Assembly (NCBI RefSeq): GCF_009914755.1 | Contig: NC_060932.1 | Strand: one strand, 5' to 3' | DNA: 64,000 nucleotides | Origin: the human T2T-CHM13v2.0 reference genome, Homo sapiens | Part shown: in pieces, positions 24,051 to 38,440 of the stretch | Numbering within the stretch: position 1 is the stretch's first letter | Layout of the letters: each line of letters opens with the position of its first letter | Notes under the pieces: model-generated | Told to the model about the DNA's origin: nothing | The model's database searches: none | Seen by the model: only the letters and a program-made list of their open reading frames with translations | Translations under genes and position numbers: made by a program

Positions 24051-25110
24051 ACTGATGCTGAGGAGGACCCCAACTATCATGAGCAACACCTGTCAAACAC
24101 AGCCACCTACCTGGGGACAGATTAAGAAGCTGTCACAGAAGGTGGAAGAAAACCTGAGGAAAGCAGGACAACCAGTAATTTAATGAGTAATTTAATGATA
24201 GCTATGATAGCGGTGATCACCATTGCCATGAGTATTCCACCAACAAGGGCTGACACAGAGAACTATTATATTTACTGGGCATATTTATCAATCTTGGCTG
24301 GCAGTAATGCCTGGATGTAATCACTGTATGACACAATTACATATGCTTTCTGATCTCAGTATTTACCATAATAAATCTGCTCCTATAATTGAGGCATACC
24401 ACCCTGAAAAATCTATTTGTAAACAGAATTGGACCTGGCCAGAAAAAATGAACGTATTTATTTGGGAAGATTACATTGCAGAACAAGCAGAGGTGCTGCA
24501 CAATGATTCCTATGGAATCATTATTGATTGGTCCCCTAAGGGGATGTTTAGCTTGAATTGCACCTCTCAGTCTGCATGCCATGGCCACACTATGTTCAGC
24601 TGGTCTAAACAAAATGGTCAGATGGTAGAAATAGTAAGAAATATGGCTAGAGTTCCTGTTATCTGGAAACATGGTGTTATAGTGGCACCTCAACCTCAAA
24701 TGATATGGCCTGCTGTAGGAGCTAAACATAAGAATTTGTGGAAACCATTAATGGCTCTTAATAAGATCAAAATTTGGGAAAGAATAAAAAAGCATGTAGA
24801 AGGACACTCTACAAACTTGTCTTTGGATGTTGCAAAATTAAAAGAACAAATATTTAAAGCATCCCAGGCACACCTGACCTTACAGGAACTGGAGTGCTTG
24901 AAGGAGCTGTGGATGGATTAGCAGCTAGTAACCCATTAAAATAGATAAAAACACTTGGAGGCTCTGTGATTTCAATGATGATTGCGTTATTAATATGTGT
25001 TGTTTGTCTTTGTATAGTCCGCAGATGCAGATCCCAACTCCTGCGACAAATAGGTCACTGTGATAAAGCCGCCTTTGCTTTTATTGCCTTGCAAAAACAA
25101 GAAAGGGGAC
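24050..25110 (+). pseudogene. env: env remnant with large internal deletions
   Basis: YWAYL and IIIDWSPKG (SU), NLSLDVAKLKEQIFKASQAHL and a hydrophobic ALLICVVCLCIV membrane anchor (TM), all homologous to HML-2 Env. Only ~1 kb long. Confidence 0.85.
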
Positions 25111-25111
25111 A

Positions 25112-25620
25112 TGCTGGGGATAGGCCCTCAAATCTGGCCATAAACTGGCCCCAAAACTGGCCATAAACAAAATCTCTGCAGCACTGTGACATGTTCATGA
25201 TGGCCATGATGCCCACACTGAAGGTTGTGGGTTTACTGGAATGAGGGCAAGGAACACCTGGACCACCCAGGGCGGAAAACCGCTTAAAGGCATTCCTAAA
25301 CCACAAACAATAGCGTGAGCAATCTGTACCTTAAGGACATGTTCCTGCTGCAGATAACTAGCCAAACTCATCCCTTTGCTTTGGCCCAACCCTTTGTTTC
25401 CCATAAGGAATACTTTTAGTTAATCTATAATCTATAGAAACAATGTTTATCACTGGCTTGCTGTCAATAAATATGTGGGTAAATCCCTGTTCAGGGCTCT
25501 CAGCTCTGAAGGCTGTGAGTCCCCTGATTTCCCACTCCACACACTATATTTCTGTGTGTGTGTCTTTATTTCCTCCAGCGCCGCTGGGTTAGGGTCTCCC
25601 CGACCGAGCTGGTCTTGGCA
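25112..25620 (+). repeat. 3' LTR (MER9a-type)
   Basis: 509 bp, TG...CA, preceded by the PPT aagaaaggggaca, AATAAA at 25466-25471. Confidence 0.92.
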
Positions 25621-25899
25621 AAGAACTTTGGCAACCTTAAAATGTGTTACAGTCCAAACAAATTTATAACAACTTCTAGAAGCACTCTTCCTTGGTTTTA
25701 TCTTGATTTCATTGGGAAGGAATGATAAGCTGTAACTAAGCTAGATTGCTAGTGGGAAACAAGGGCCAAGTTTTTCCTAGGAGATCCTATCCACTTTCAT
25801 GACTATTACCTAGCCCACAATGACATCCTAATCTGTTTCTGGCCAAGATCTCTGCAATAATATCCAGGAACATAAGTACAACCAACTACTGTATATCTT

Positions 25900-26550
25900 C
25901 ACATAGTTGGGGCATCTTAAAGTCAACAAATCAAATATATTCTTCTGTTCCCTAACAAATTTGTGTTGTCTGTATTCCATATACAGCTGAATGGTAATAC
26001 TTTCCTTCAGCAAAAAACTTGAGTTATTTCTGAATCAGTCTTTTCCTTTATTATGTTTCATCCACCAGAAAATTTCATTGACTCTACGTTATTCTTCTCT
26101 CTATTGTCACTGCTGCTGTCTTACTTTAAATCCTCAGGCTTTCTTGCTTGAATTATAGCAGCACCAACCTAAATGATCTTCTTGCTAGTCTTGCCACTTC
26201 CAAATTCATTCTTTACAATATCATAGGAGTTATTTTTTACAATATGTATCTTATATAATTTCTATGCCAAAATTCATTAATGGCACCCCAGTATCTGTAG
26301 GATAAAAATATAAGTTACTTAGAAAGATAAAGTATTTGCTTACCTGGACCCAGAATCTCTCTCTAAACTCATCCCTCTTCAATCTCGTCCTACATCTGTT
26401 CTTAGAATTCTATGTTCAGAAGACACAGCATAGTTTCTATCCACTTTGTGCTTTTATAATACTAGTTTCTTGCCTGTAATACTATACCCTTTTTACAACT
26501 TGCCAACCCCAATTTGCCCTTCAAGACTCAATGTAGAACTTCCACTTCTG
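25900..26550 (+). mobile_element. L2 fragment
   Basis: Pyrimidine-rich sense L2 motifs (cttgcttgaattatagcagc...cctaaatgatctt, cccttcaagactcaatg). Confidence 0.6.
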
Positions 26551-27325
26551 ACTATAATAGTGACACAATGCTTACCAAGAATTAGAATAGTCAGATAACA
26601 TTTTTAACAACCAATCTGTTTGAAGACAGATTAGAATTGCTAAGGCAGCTAAGATACAAAAGGCCAGACTTCATGGGAAAAGAAAGATTACTGAAGTAAG
26701 ACAAACTTTACACATATTCCTTTTTCTCACATGACAAGTCCCAACTTTCATGTTGAATACAAAGCTGGACAGCTAGGCAGAGAGTGAGTGTTGAGAGACA
26801 CAAACTAACAATGAGTTTTTTACTCATTGAAGAGAAAATTTCAGGCTTACAGCTGCAAAAGCAGCCAAAATCTGAGGCGTCATGTGTCACAGAGAAGAAA
26901 AGCACAAAGTAGTAGTAAGCCCTGAATAGTATTCCCCTTGAGGTCAGGGAATTTGCTGATTATACTCTGAAAGACAAGATGCAGAAAAGCCAAACACAGA
27001 ATAACTAGAAAGAAAAAAGCTTTTGGCAATATCACAGTGATAGACAATGGGAGTCAAGATTTGCCAATAATGAGGTCCTTAGGAAAATTTGACACACCAA
27101 AAATGCTCCATCCTAGGAGTGGAGATAAACCAGAGGTGGTGTGAGGCTGATGGAGACAGTCCCTGACAGGTTTGAAATGATCTGCCTTTCTGCTCATTGC
27201 CAGAGGATATGGTGAATCATTTCTGAAAGGAAGTAAAAACATCAACAACCTCTATAATTTTAATGCACAATACCCAGCACTTAACAACAACAACAACAAA
27301 AATGACAAGCCATGAAAAGAAATAG

Positions 27326-27811
<486 letters not shown>

Positions 27812-30139
27812 TCACCAGAGAACTAGAATCTGTAAAAGGTAATCAGGTGGCTATTCTCTGCAACAATGTAATAACTGAAGTTAAGATTTAGTAAATAGGT
27901 TTATAAGCAGATTGACCACATGATGCTACTTGTGTCTGCCCCAAGTTGTAGATATCAGAATGGCTAAGTATTTTAGCAGCAATAGTCAGCACAGAAGTAA
28001 CTGGATCATCCATGGCATTTCCCTTTTCCAAGTAAAAGTGACTTACTCCATGTAAAGTACATCCACTTATGTAAGAAGCTACAGGAAGGCTTGAGATGGA
28101 GATATTGATTCAGGCCATTATCAATAATAAAAACTGAATATGATATATTGATGCAAGAAAATACCTAATCATGTTAAACCAGCACACGATGCCATGTAAT
28201 TGAAACATAACTTTTGTTCTATGACCATTTCTTTAAAATGTGTTCAGTGGGGTAATTTCCCCTGCCTGTGGATAGAAACGGGAAGAGTTCATGATTTTTC
28301 TGCTCAGTCTTCAGAAATAAATAGTTAATGCTTATTTTAAGTTGTAAGCAAGGACTTAATTTTAAAAAAATAGAAGGTGTTTAGAAATTACCTAAATGTT
28401 AGTCAATGTTCATCCAAAGGTAAGAATTTTCCTTTCTCTCTCATATGCAAACACCAGTAGTTGGTGACTACCCAACTTTATATCTGTGGTTATCTTCTGG
28501 TCTTTCGACTTACTTCTTATCCTACTTTCGAGCAGTTGTTTCCAACCCCATTAGGGGTGATTCTTTTTTGTGTATCCTATAGTTTCTCTTTCTTTGGGGT
28601 CTCTTTTATAAATGTGTTTAAATAAGTACATATTTATTCTAGTAAATAGAATAAGACGAGGACTCCTTTTTCATCTCAGAATCAGGAATCTTTTTACAAG
28701 TACTCTCACAGCCCTTGAGATAATTTTATATCTAAGGGAGAAAGAATTTAGATATTTCCTGCAGGCCACACATCCCTTATACTGACAAATTCTGGGAATT
28801 CAGGGCTTTACCTCTTCACCTACTGCAGCAAAGTGGTGGGAACTCCCAGTATGACCACACTCTCTCTAATGGCATCCCTTCACTAAATCTTCTGACTCTT
28901 CCTTGCTCTGACTTGATTTTATATCTTTGATCTACATCGTAAGTGTTGTGGAAATTGTTCACGATACATGTTTTGTAAATTCTGCATATAAAGCATCTGA
29001 TAAACACCCAATTTGGAAGCTCCCATAACATCCCCATTTTAACAGCGTATAAAACATATATATATATATAACATACATTTAACAGTTTTGAAAATTGAAG
29101 GATTGCCTGAAAAGTTATTATGTAGAATTGAAAGGATTGTATTGGTGTAAAGGTAGTTTTTCACTAGTTAATGGGAATGGAAACTATCGCAAATGTATGT
29201 GCAATAATCAAAGTAAGTAAAATCATGTATTTGCACTTAACTGAGAGGTGTTTATTTATAGGTATTAAATACAAACAGGCTTTGTTTTAAACTTAAAGAT
29301 ACCTACCAGAAGTCTTAAAATAACTGACTTCAATTATCATATATCAGAGGAAGAAAAGAATTAAAGGCTGTTATAACTGCTTAATAATAGAATTTTTGCT
29401 CCTAGTTGACTGATTGCTCTGGCACTGTGGAAATAATGTTTAATAGAGGGAAAAATTATGATAGTATTACCCAGAACAGATGTGCTAGAAATCATCTCAT
29501 AACTTTGATATGGCTTTAATTGACAATACAAAACTAAAATCTTCAGATACTTTGAGAACTATAGCTGGACAACCTCTGTATATGTTGTGTGTGAGTTTCA
29601 ATAAGTGTATAAATTTACATTTCTCATAGATTGAAAGTGTATGAAAAAAATCTTTTAGTGTTCATCTAATCTGCCTTTCATTCCCTTGGTTTGCAGAATC
29701 AAAAAAGTTGAAGATGCCCTGTTTTTGCCAAAATTACATAGAGCTGTGACTAATAAAAAATAATTTATTTAGACTTCCAATCATATTTTATATGTCCTTG
29801 AGATAAAGCCAAGAATAAGACATAAAACCAAATGTTAGAGTCCTGATACCTCAATGTTTTTAGTACATCTTCACAAACTTCAAAAAGTATCAAAAATCAG
29901 TGATTAGAGTATAAGCAGTCTAAATATAATGGTGTGCACCTCATTAATAAGAAATACTTAATCAGATAGCTTAATGTATCAATTTAGAAACATTTGCTTG
30001 TTTCATAAGAAGTTATTTTCTAAAAAGTAAAAATTATCTTAACATATACATTGTCACTAAGATACTAAAAAGCTGCCAGAAAACTGTGTCTGTGTGAAAT
30101 ACTCATAAGTCTATCAAATGTGATTATAAGTAATACTAA

Positions 30140-30365
30140 TTATAGCTGTTTTCATATTGTTCTTATTGTGTGCCAGGCACTGTCCTAGGCAGTTCATACA
30201 CAAATTCACACAATCCACACAACTCAATGAGAAAAGTATTGTTACTGTCATGTTCATTTTATAGATGGTAAGAGGAGTTAAGTAACTTCCTCAAATCCAC
30301 CCAGAAAATAAATATTGGAGCTAGGATTTGAACTCTAGAAATATGACTGTAGACTCTGTTTTCTT
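30140..30365 (-). mobile_element. MIR
   Basis: tgtgccaggcactgtcctagg...cattttatagatg...gttaagtaacttcctcaa...ggatttgaactc. Confidence 0.75.
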
Positions 30366-30484
30366 ATTTAATCATTTCCTGTCCCACAGACAGCATCTTT
30401 TTCATTAGATATATAGACAGCCTAATCTAAGGTGCATCAACTCTCTATGACAATATGCTTTTTAGAATAAGTATAAGGTAGGAG

Positions 30485-30760
30485 ACCAGTACTGGTCCGT
30501 GGCTTGTTAGAAACAGGGCTGCACAGCAGGAGGTGAGCAGCGGGCCAGCAAGCATTACCTCCTGAGCTCCACATTTTATGAGATCAGCAGTGGCATTAGT
30601 TTTCATAGAAGCATGAACCCTATTGTGAACTGTTCATGTGAGGGATCCAACTGCTCATGTGGCTCCTTGTGAGAATCTAATGCCTGATGATCTGAGGTGA
30701 AAATTTCATCCCCCAACCATCTTCCCCTCAACTGTCCCCTGTCCATGGAAAAATTATCTA
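30485..30760. mobile_element. MER1B-like hAT-Charlie element
   Basis: ctggtccgtggcttgttagaaacagggctgcacagcaggaggtgagc...gagaatctaatgcctgatgatctgagg...ccatggaaaaatt. Confidence 0.8.
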
Positions 30761-32174
30761 TTTGGACACAAACTGTCATTTTCTTTAGCTGCTCTTAAAA
30801 TTTTCTCTTTATCTTTAGTTTTTGCCAACCTGACTGATAACTAACTGGTACTTAAAATATTAAATTAACTTGTAGATTTCTCTATATTGTTTATTTTATC
30901 TCTTGATTTTTTTTCACATTTTTTTCTTTTCTTTTTTATGCCTTATATGTTTGGATTGGAGGAAAAATCACAGAGATTTTAAATGATGTCATCTTCCTCT
31001 GGGTGGGCTAAATTTTCTTGTGGAAAAGAGATTGAGCACCAATATATGACTTTGGTGCTATTAAGGCTTTCAGGCTTTGTTAGGGCTATATATTTTACTT
31101 TTGTTCTTATTCCCAGGGTTTAGCCTTATTATTAGAGCATAGCCTTTGTGGGCCTGAAAGCCTTAGGTACTTAGCAAAGGCACCCATGTGGCTGGGGCTG
31201 AACTCCAGCTTCTCTTCCAACAACCATGTGGCTACTGCCATCTCTGCTTTGGCATTTTAATTTTTTCACATGCTATTTCTTACTAAGTGGTTTGTATTTG
31301 GTTGTTTTCTTTTCTGTTCTTTCTTTCTTTTTCTTTCTTTCTTTCTTTCTTTGGTATGCATTTACAATCACACATACGCATATCTTTGCATGTGTTTGTG
31401 AAGGTGTGCAAACACACGTATGAACTCTTAACTATTATGCTACACTATCTAGTTAAAAAATAAATACTTGCATATTAATTTCAAGCACTTTTCCCAGTCA
31501 TTTTTCTTCTCACTTTTAATTTTGTATCTGTATGTTGTTAACTAGCAAATATTTTAAAAGGTAATTTCTGAATTTTGTCTTATTTACGACCATTCTTACT
31601 CCAAGCATGCTTTAAAAAATCTTCAATTTTTTAAAAGTACTTTAAAGTTTGTATTGATTATGTTCAAATGTTAACCCAATCTAAAACTTATTTTGGTAGA
31701 AGGACTGAGGGAAGGAGAAATTCAACTATATTTTTCCAAGTGACTGCCCATTTTTCCTAACAGTATTTTTTGAATAATCTAACTTTTCCAAATAAATTTG
31801 AAAATGTTGCCACATTTGAGCTAAATTTTCAGAAATATTTGATATAATTATTGGACCTGTTTTCTGATTCACTGATTTGTTACTCATCCAATACTAACAT
31901 TTTTTATTGATTTGCTTTGTGATATATTTTAGCGCTTGATGCAGCTTATTACTTATGTTTCTAACAAATTTTCTAGCTAGTCACACATGTTTATATTTCC
32001 ATATAAAGTGTAAAGTTTTTTTTTTGTTAGTTAAATAGTCCAGTTTGAAAAACAGGTGTGATATTAGGTGTTCTATACTTTTGCCTTTGGTTATAACTAT
32101 AGTTTCTACCTCCATAATTTTTATACTTTTCATTAAATCAGATCAGTGGTATCTTCAGGGCCTATTACAATTAC

Positions 32175-35100
32175 AAAAGCCCATGCAAAGTTCAGCAGCC
32201 TCAAAGATAGAAGTTAGACACACTCATGAATATGAGAAAGAATCAATGAAAAAAAAACACTGAAAACTCAAAAACCCAGAGTGTGTCTTCTCCTCCAAAT
32301 GATCACAAAACCTCTCCAGCAAGGGCACAAAACTGGGCTGAGGCTGAGATGGATGAATTGACAGAAGTAGGCTTCAGAAGGTGGATAATAAAAAACTTTG
32401 CTGAGCTAAAGAAGTATGTTCTAACACAATGCAAAGAAGCTAAGAACCATGATAAAACATTACAGGAGCTCTTAACCAGAATAACCAGTTTAGAGAGAAA
32501 CATAAATGACCTGATGGAGCCAAAAATCACAACACAAGAACTTCACAATGCAACCATAAGTATCAATAACTGAATAGACCAAGCAGAGGAAAGAATTTCA
32601 GAGTTTGAAGACTATCTTGCTGAAATCTTGTCTGACAGGCAGACAAGATTAAAGAAAAAAGAATGAAAATGAATGAACAAAACCTCTGAGAACTATGGGA
32701 TTAAGTAAAAAGACCTAACCTATGACTAATTGGGGTACCTGAAAGAGATGGGGAGAACAAAACCAAGCTGGAAAACATACTTTAATATATAATCCAGGAG
32801 AACTTCCTCAACCTAACAAGACAGGCTAACATTCAAGTTCAGGAAACCCAGAGAACCCTAGTAAGATACTCCATGAGACGATAAACCCCAAGACACATAA
32901 TCATCAAATTCTCCATGGTCAAAATGAAGAAAATAATGTTAAGGGCAGCCAGAAAGGCCAGGTCACCTACAAAGGGAAGCCCATCAGACTAACAGTGGAC
33001 CTCTCAGCAGAAACCCTACAAGCCAGAAGAGAGTGGGGGCCAATATTCAACATTCTTAAAGAAAAGAATTTCCAACCCAGAATTTTATATCCAGACAAAC
33101 TAAGGTTCATAAGTGAAGGAGAAGTAAAATCTTTTTCAGACAAGCAAATGCTGAGGGAATTCATCACCACTAGGCCTGCCTTGCAAGAGCTCCTGAAAGA
33201 AATATAGAAAAAAAAAATTAACTAGAATATTTGGTGGAGTAAAAAAAAAAAAAAAAAAAAATTACATTTTTCAAGCAATTTTTCAGAAGAACTAGTCAAT
33301 ATATTTGCTTTAAAAATGTAAGTATATGACTTTAATAAAAACTCATGTGTGACTTAAAAAAAAAGGAAAATAATAAATATGAATAAATATGGAAAGGAAA
33401 AACCACTACCTCCGCTTAAGTGCAAATACCAATGACATTACGAAGCAACTACATGAACAAATCTGAAAAATAACCAGCTAGCATCATGATGACAGGATCA
33501 AATTCACACATAAAAATATTAACCTTAAATGTAAATGGGTTAAATGCCACAGTTAAAAGACATAGAATGTCAAGCTGGATAGAGTCAAGACCCATAGGTG
33601 TGCTGTATTCAAGAGACTGATCTCACATGCAAAGACACATACAGACTCAGAATAAAGGGAAGGAGGGAAATTTACCAAGCAAATTGAAACCAGGAAAAAA
33701 AAAGGGGTTGCAATCCTAGTTTCTGACAAAACAGACTTTGAACCAGCAAAGATCAAAAAAGACAAAGAAAGGCATTAAATAATGGTATAGGGATCAATTC
33801 AACAGGAAGAGCTAACTATCCTAAATATATATTCATTCAATAAGGAGCATCAAGATTCATAAAATAAATTCTTAGAGACCTACAAAGACACTTAGACTCC
33901 CACACAATAATAGTGGGAAAATTTAATAGTAGACAGATCATCAGACAGAAAATTAATAAGGACATTCAGGACTTGAATTCAGCTCTGTATCAAGTGGACA
34001 TAATAGACATCTACAGAAATCGCCACCTAAAAACAACAGAATATACATTCTTCTCAGTGCCACATGGCACTTACTATAAAATCGATCACATAATTGGAAA
34101 TAAAATACTCCTCAGCAAATGCAAAAGAACCAAAATTATAACAGTCTCTCAGAACACAGCACAATCAAATTAGAACTCAAAATTAAGGAACTCGCTCAAA
34201 ACCACACAACTACATAGAAAGGAAACAACCTGCTACTGAATGACTCCTGGGTAAATAATGAAATTAAGGTAGAAATCAAGAAGTTCTTTGAAACCAATGA
34301 GAACAGAGGCAACATACCAGAATCACTGGGATGCAGCTAAAGCAGTGTTAAGAGAAAAATTGATAGCACCAAATGCCCACATCAAAAAGCTAGAAAGATC
34401 TCAAATCAACATCCTAACACCACAACCAAAAGAACTAGAGAACCAAGAGCAAGCAAACCCAAAAGCTAGCAGAAGACAAGAAATAACCAAAATCAGAGAG
34501 GAATGGAAGGAAATAGAGATGGTGAAAAAAGACCTCAAAAAAATCAATGAATCTGGGAGCTTGTTTTTTGAAAAAATAAAATAAATAAAATAAAATAAAA
34601 TAAAATAAAATAAAATAGATAGATGGATAGCTAAACTAATAAAGAAGAAAAGAGAAAAGAATCAAATAAACACAATAAAAAATGATAAAGGGGTTATCAC
34701 CACTGACCCCACAGAAATACAAACAACCATCAGAGAACACTATACTGTAAACACCTCTATGCAAGAATAAACCAGGGAGAAGTTGAATCCCTGAATAGAC
34801 TAATAACAAATTCTGAAATTGAGGCAGTAATAAATAGCCCACCAACAAGACAGATTTACAGCTAAATTCTACTAGCAGTACAAGGAAGAGCTGGTACCAT
34901 TTATTCTGAAATTATTCCAAAACAATTGAAAAGAAGAGACTTCTCCCTCACTCATTTTATGAAGCCAGCATCATCCTGATACCAAAACCTGGCATTGATA
35001 CAACAACAAAACTTCAGGCCAATATCCCTGATGAACACTGGTGTGAAATGCTCAATAAAACACTGGCAAATCGAATCAAGCAGCACGTCAAAAAGCTCAA

Positions 35101-37495
35101 ATCAACGATCAAGTTGGCTTCATCTCCAGGATGCAAGGCTGGTTTAACATATGCAAATCAATAAGTGTAATTCATCACATAAACAGAAATAAAAACAAAA
35201 ATCACATGATTATCTCAATAGATATAGAAAAGGCCTTCAGTAAAATTCAATATCCCTTCATGTTAAAAACTCTCAATAAACTAGGTATTGATGGAACATA
35301 CCTCAAAATAATAAGAGCCATTTATGACAAACCCACAGCCAATATCATACTGAATGGCCAAAACTGGAAGCACTCCCCTTTGAAAAATGGCACATGACAA
35401 GGATGCCCTCTCACACAACTCCTATTCAACACAGTATTGGGAGTTCTGGCCAGGGCAATCAGGCAAGATTAAGAAATAAATGCTATTCAAATAGGAATAG
35501 AGGAAGTTGAACTGTCTCTGTTTCCAGACAACATAATCCTATATCTAGAAAACACCATTGTCTTAGCCCAAAAGCTCCTTAAACTGATAAGTGACTTCAG
35601 CAAAGTCTCAGGATACATAAATCATTGTGCAAAAATCACAAGCATTCCTATACACCAACAACAGACAAGCAGAGAACCAAATCTTTAATGAACTCCCATT
35701 CACAATTGCTACAAAGAGAATAAAATGCCTAGGAATACAGCTAAAAAGGGACGTGAAGGACCTCTTCAAGGAGAATTACAAATCACTGCTCAAGGAAATA
35801 AGAGAGGACACAAACAAATAGAAAAGCATTCCATGCTCATGGATAGGAAGAATCAATGCTGTGAATGAAAATAACCATACTGCCCAAAGTAGTGTATAGA
35901 TTCAGTGCTATTCCCATTAAACTAGCATTGAGATTTTTCACACAAGAAAAAAAAAAAAAGAACCTACTTTAAAATTCTTTGCAACCAAAAAAGAGCCTGT
36001 ATAGCCAAGACAATTCTAAGCAAAAAGAATAAAACTGGAGGCATCATGCTATCTGACTTCAAACTATGCTACAAGGCTATGGTAACCAAAACAGCATGGA
36101 ACTGACACAAAAACAGATGCATAAACCAATGAAACAAAACAGAGATCTCAGAAATAAGACTGCACATCTACAACCATCTGATCTTCCACAAGCCTGGCAA
36201 AAACAAGCAATGAAGAATGGATTCCCTATTTAATAAATGGGGCTGGGAGAACTGGCTAGCATATACAGAAAATTGAAACTGGACCCCTTCCTTAAACATT
36301 ACACAAAAATTAACTCACCATGGATTAAAGACTTAAATGTAAAACCCAAAAGTATAATAACCCTAGAAGAAAACCTAGGCAGTACCATTCAGGACAAGGC
36401 ACAGGAAAAGATTTCATGACAAAAACATCAAAAACAATTGGAACAAAAGCAAAAATTGACAAATGGAATCTAATTAAACTAAAGAGCTTCTGCACAGCAA
36501 AAGAAACTATCATCAGAGTGAACAGACAACCTACAGAATGGGAGACAATTTTTGCAACCTATCCATCTGACAGAGGCCTAATATCCAGAGATTACAAGGA
36601 TCTTAAATTTACAAGAAAAAAGAAACTGTATTAAAAGTGGGCAAAGGACATGAAAAGACACTTCTCAAAAAAAGACATTTATGTGACCAACAAACATATG
36701 AAAAAAAGCTCAGTATCATTGATCATTAGAGAAATGCAAATCAAAACCACAATGAGATACCTATAATCTTATGCCAGTAAGAATGGCAATTATTAAAAAG
36801 CCAAGAAACAACAGATGATGGTGAGGCTGTGGGGGAATAGCAATGGTTTTACATTGTTGGTGGGAATGAAAATTAGTTCAACCATTGTGGAAGACAGTGT
36901 GGTGATTCCTCAAAGACCTAGGACCAGAAATACCTTTTAATCCATCAATCCCATTAATGGGTATATACCCAAAGGAATATAAATCATTCTATTATGAAGA
37001 TACAGGCACATGTATGTTCGTTGCAGCACTATTCACAATAGCAAAGACACAAAATCAACCCAAATGCCCATCAGTGGTAGAAAGGAAAATATGGTACATA
37101 TACACCATGGAACACTACGCAGCTATAAAAAGGAACGAGATCCTGTTGTTTGCTGGGACATGGATGGAGCTGAAAGTCATCATCCTCAGCAAACTAATAC
37201 AAGAACAGAAAACCAAACACTGCATGTTCTCACTTATAAATGGGAGCTAAACAATAAAAACACATGAACATAGGAAAGGTAACAAGACAAACTGGAGTCT
37301 GTTGGGGGAGAGGAGGTAGTGAGAGCATCAGGATAAAAACCTAATGCACGTGGGGCTTAATACCTAGGTGATGGGTTGATAGATGCAGCAAACCACCATA
37401 GCACACGTTTACCTATGTAACAAACCTGCACATTCTGCACATGTATTCTGGAACTTAAAATAAATTTAAATTAAATTAAAAAAAGAAAAGAAAAA
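32175..37495 (+). mobile_element. Old L1PA (about L1PA11-13), 5'UTR-truncated, ORF1 and ORF2 disrupted
   Basis: ORF1 peptides (DELTEVGFRRW, LQARREWGPIFNILKEKNFQPRI), ORF2 EN/RT peptides ([19 protein letters not shown]), 3' UTR and A-rich tail near 37460-37495. Many stops and internal deletions. Confidence 0.92.
34571..34625. repeat. (TAAAA)n/(TAGA)n microsatellite grown inside L1 ORF2
   Basis: Read directly. Confidence 0.85.
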
Positions 37496-38440
37496 TATTT
37501 TCACATTCTTTTATATGTGTTGTAAGCAAGAGACATACAGAGAGGTACAGCACTTTGTAAGTTGACAAGAACTGACGTAACTGAAGTTGTTAAGACTATC
37601 ACTTATCCATAGCCTATTTGAAACTTCTAACATAAGTGGCTTCAAAGCAAATACGTCAAATCACACACTGACTTGTTGATTTTGTTAACTGTGCTATACA
37701 AATAAGCTAAACCATGCACTTCTAGGAAATGGAAAATCTAAATAAACCAATACTGTAAGTATTATATTAACATAAAATTATATTTTTCTGTCACATAGTT
37801 GCATGAAATTTTCCCAAGATTTTAGAAGAAAAGCTTTAAGGTTTTAATTTAATAATAAATATAGCACAAGACATATTACTTCAGTGATAAATTGAAACAA
37901 GAGTAATAGGTTAAAATGCTGCTTTTTGCATAATATTTTAAATGAAGCTCTAATTTATTGTTTACAGTTCAAATAGAATTGGTCATTTATGTTAACTAAA
38001 GTCAAATTTTCAATGTGTAGAAATTACTGTAATAGTAATTCTTTGCACAATTATGTATGTCCTCAACCTTAAGAGCTTTGTGGCTCACATATCTTTTAAA
38101 TTATAATCTCAACCTTTATTCTCTGAAAGCAACGAATATTAAAATATTCACTTGATATTAACACGTTTCTTTTATGTTTTAATATACAAAATTATTCTAA
38201 TTTTGTTTTACTGATAAAAATTCATATGATAATTCCTGAAGTGCTAATAAATGTCTTATAATTTACAAACTTATTTTACATAGAGTATTTAATTTGAGTT
38301 TGACAAAAACTTCATGAAGTAGGTGTTTATATTCCCATTTTACAATTGGGAAAAACAAAAGGAAGAGATGTTAAATGATTTGTTTTAGACTCACACTCTA
38401 TTCACTATACTCCAAAATAATTTGAAAATAAGACATTATT

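Larger units (their letters stand above)
19564..25620 (+). mobile_element. HERV-K(HML-3)/HERVK9 provirus, internally deleted, two LTRs
   Basis: Paired MER9-type LTRs, 6-bp TSD AAGAAC (19558-19563 and 25621-25626), Lys-type PBS, PPT, and gag-dUTPase/pro-pol-env remnants of betaretrovirus type. Confidence 0.93.

Noticed and set aside
32283-37250. Active L1
   Set aside because: No 5' UTR promoter, many stops and frameshifts, internal deletions and an insertion.
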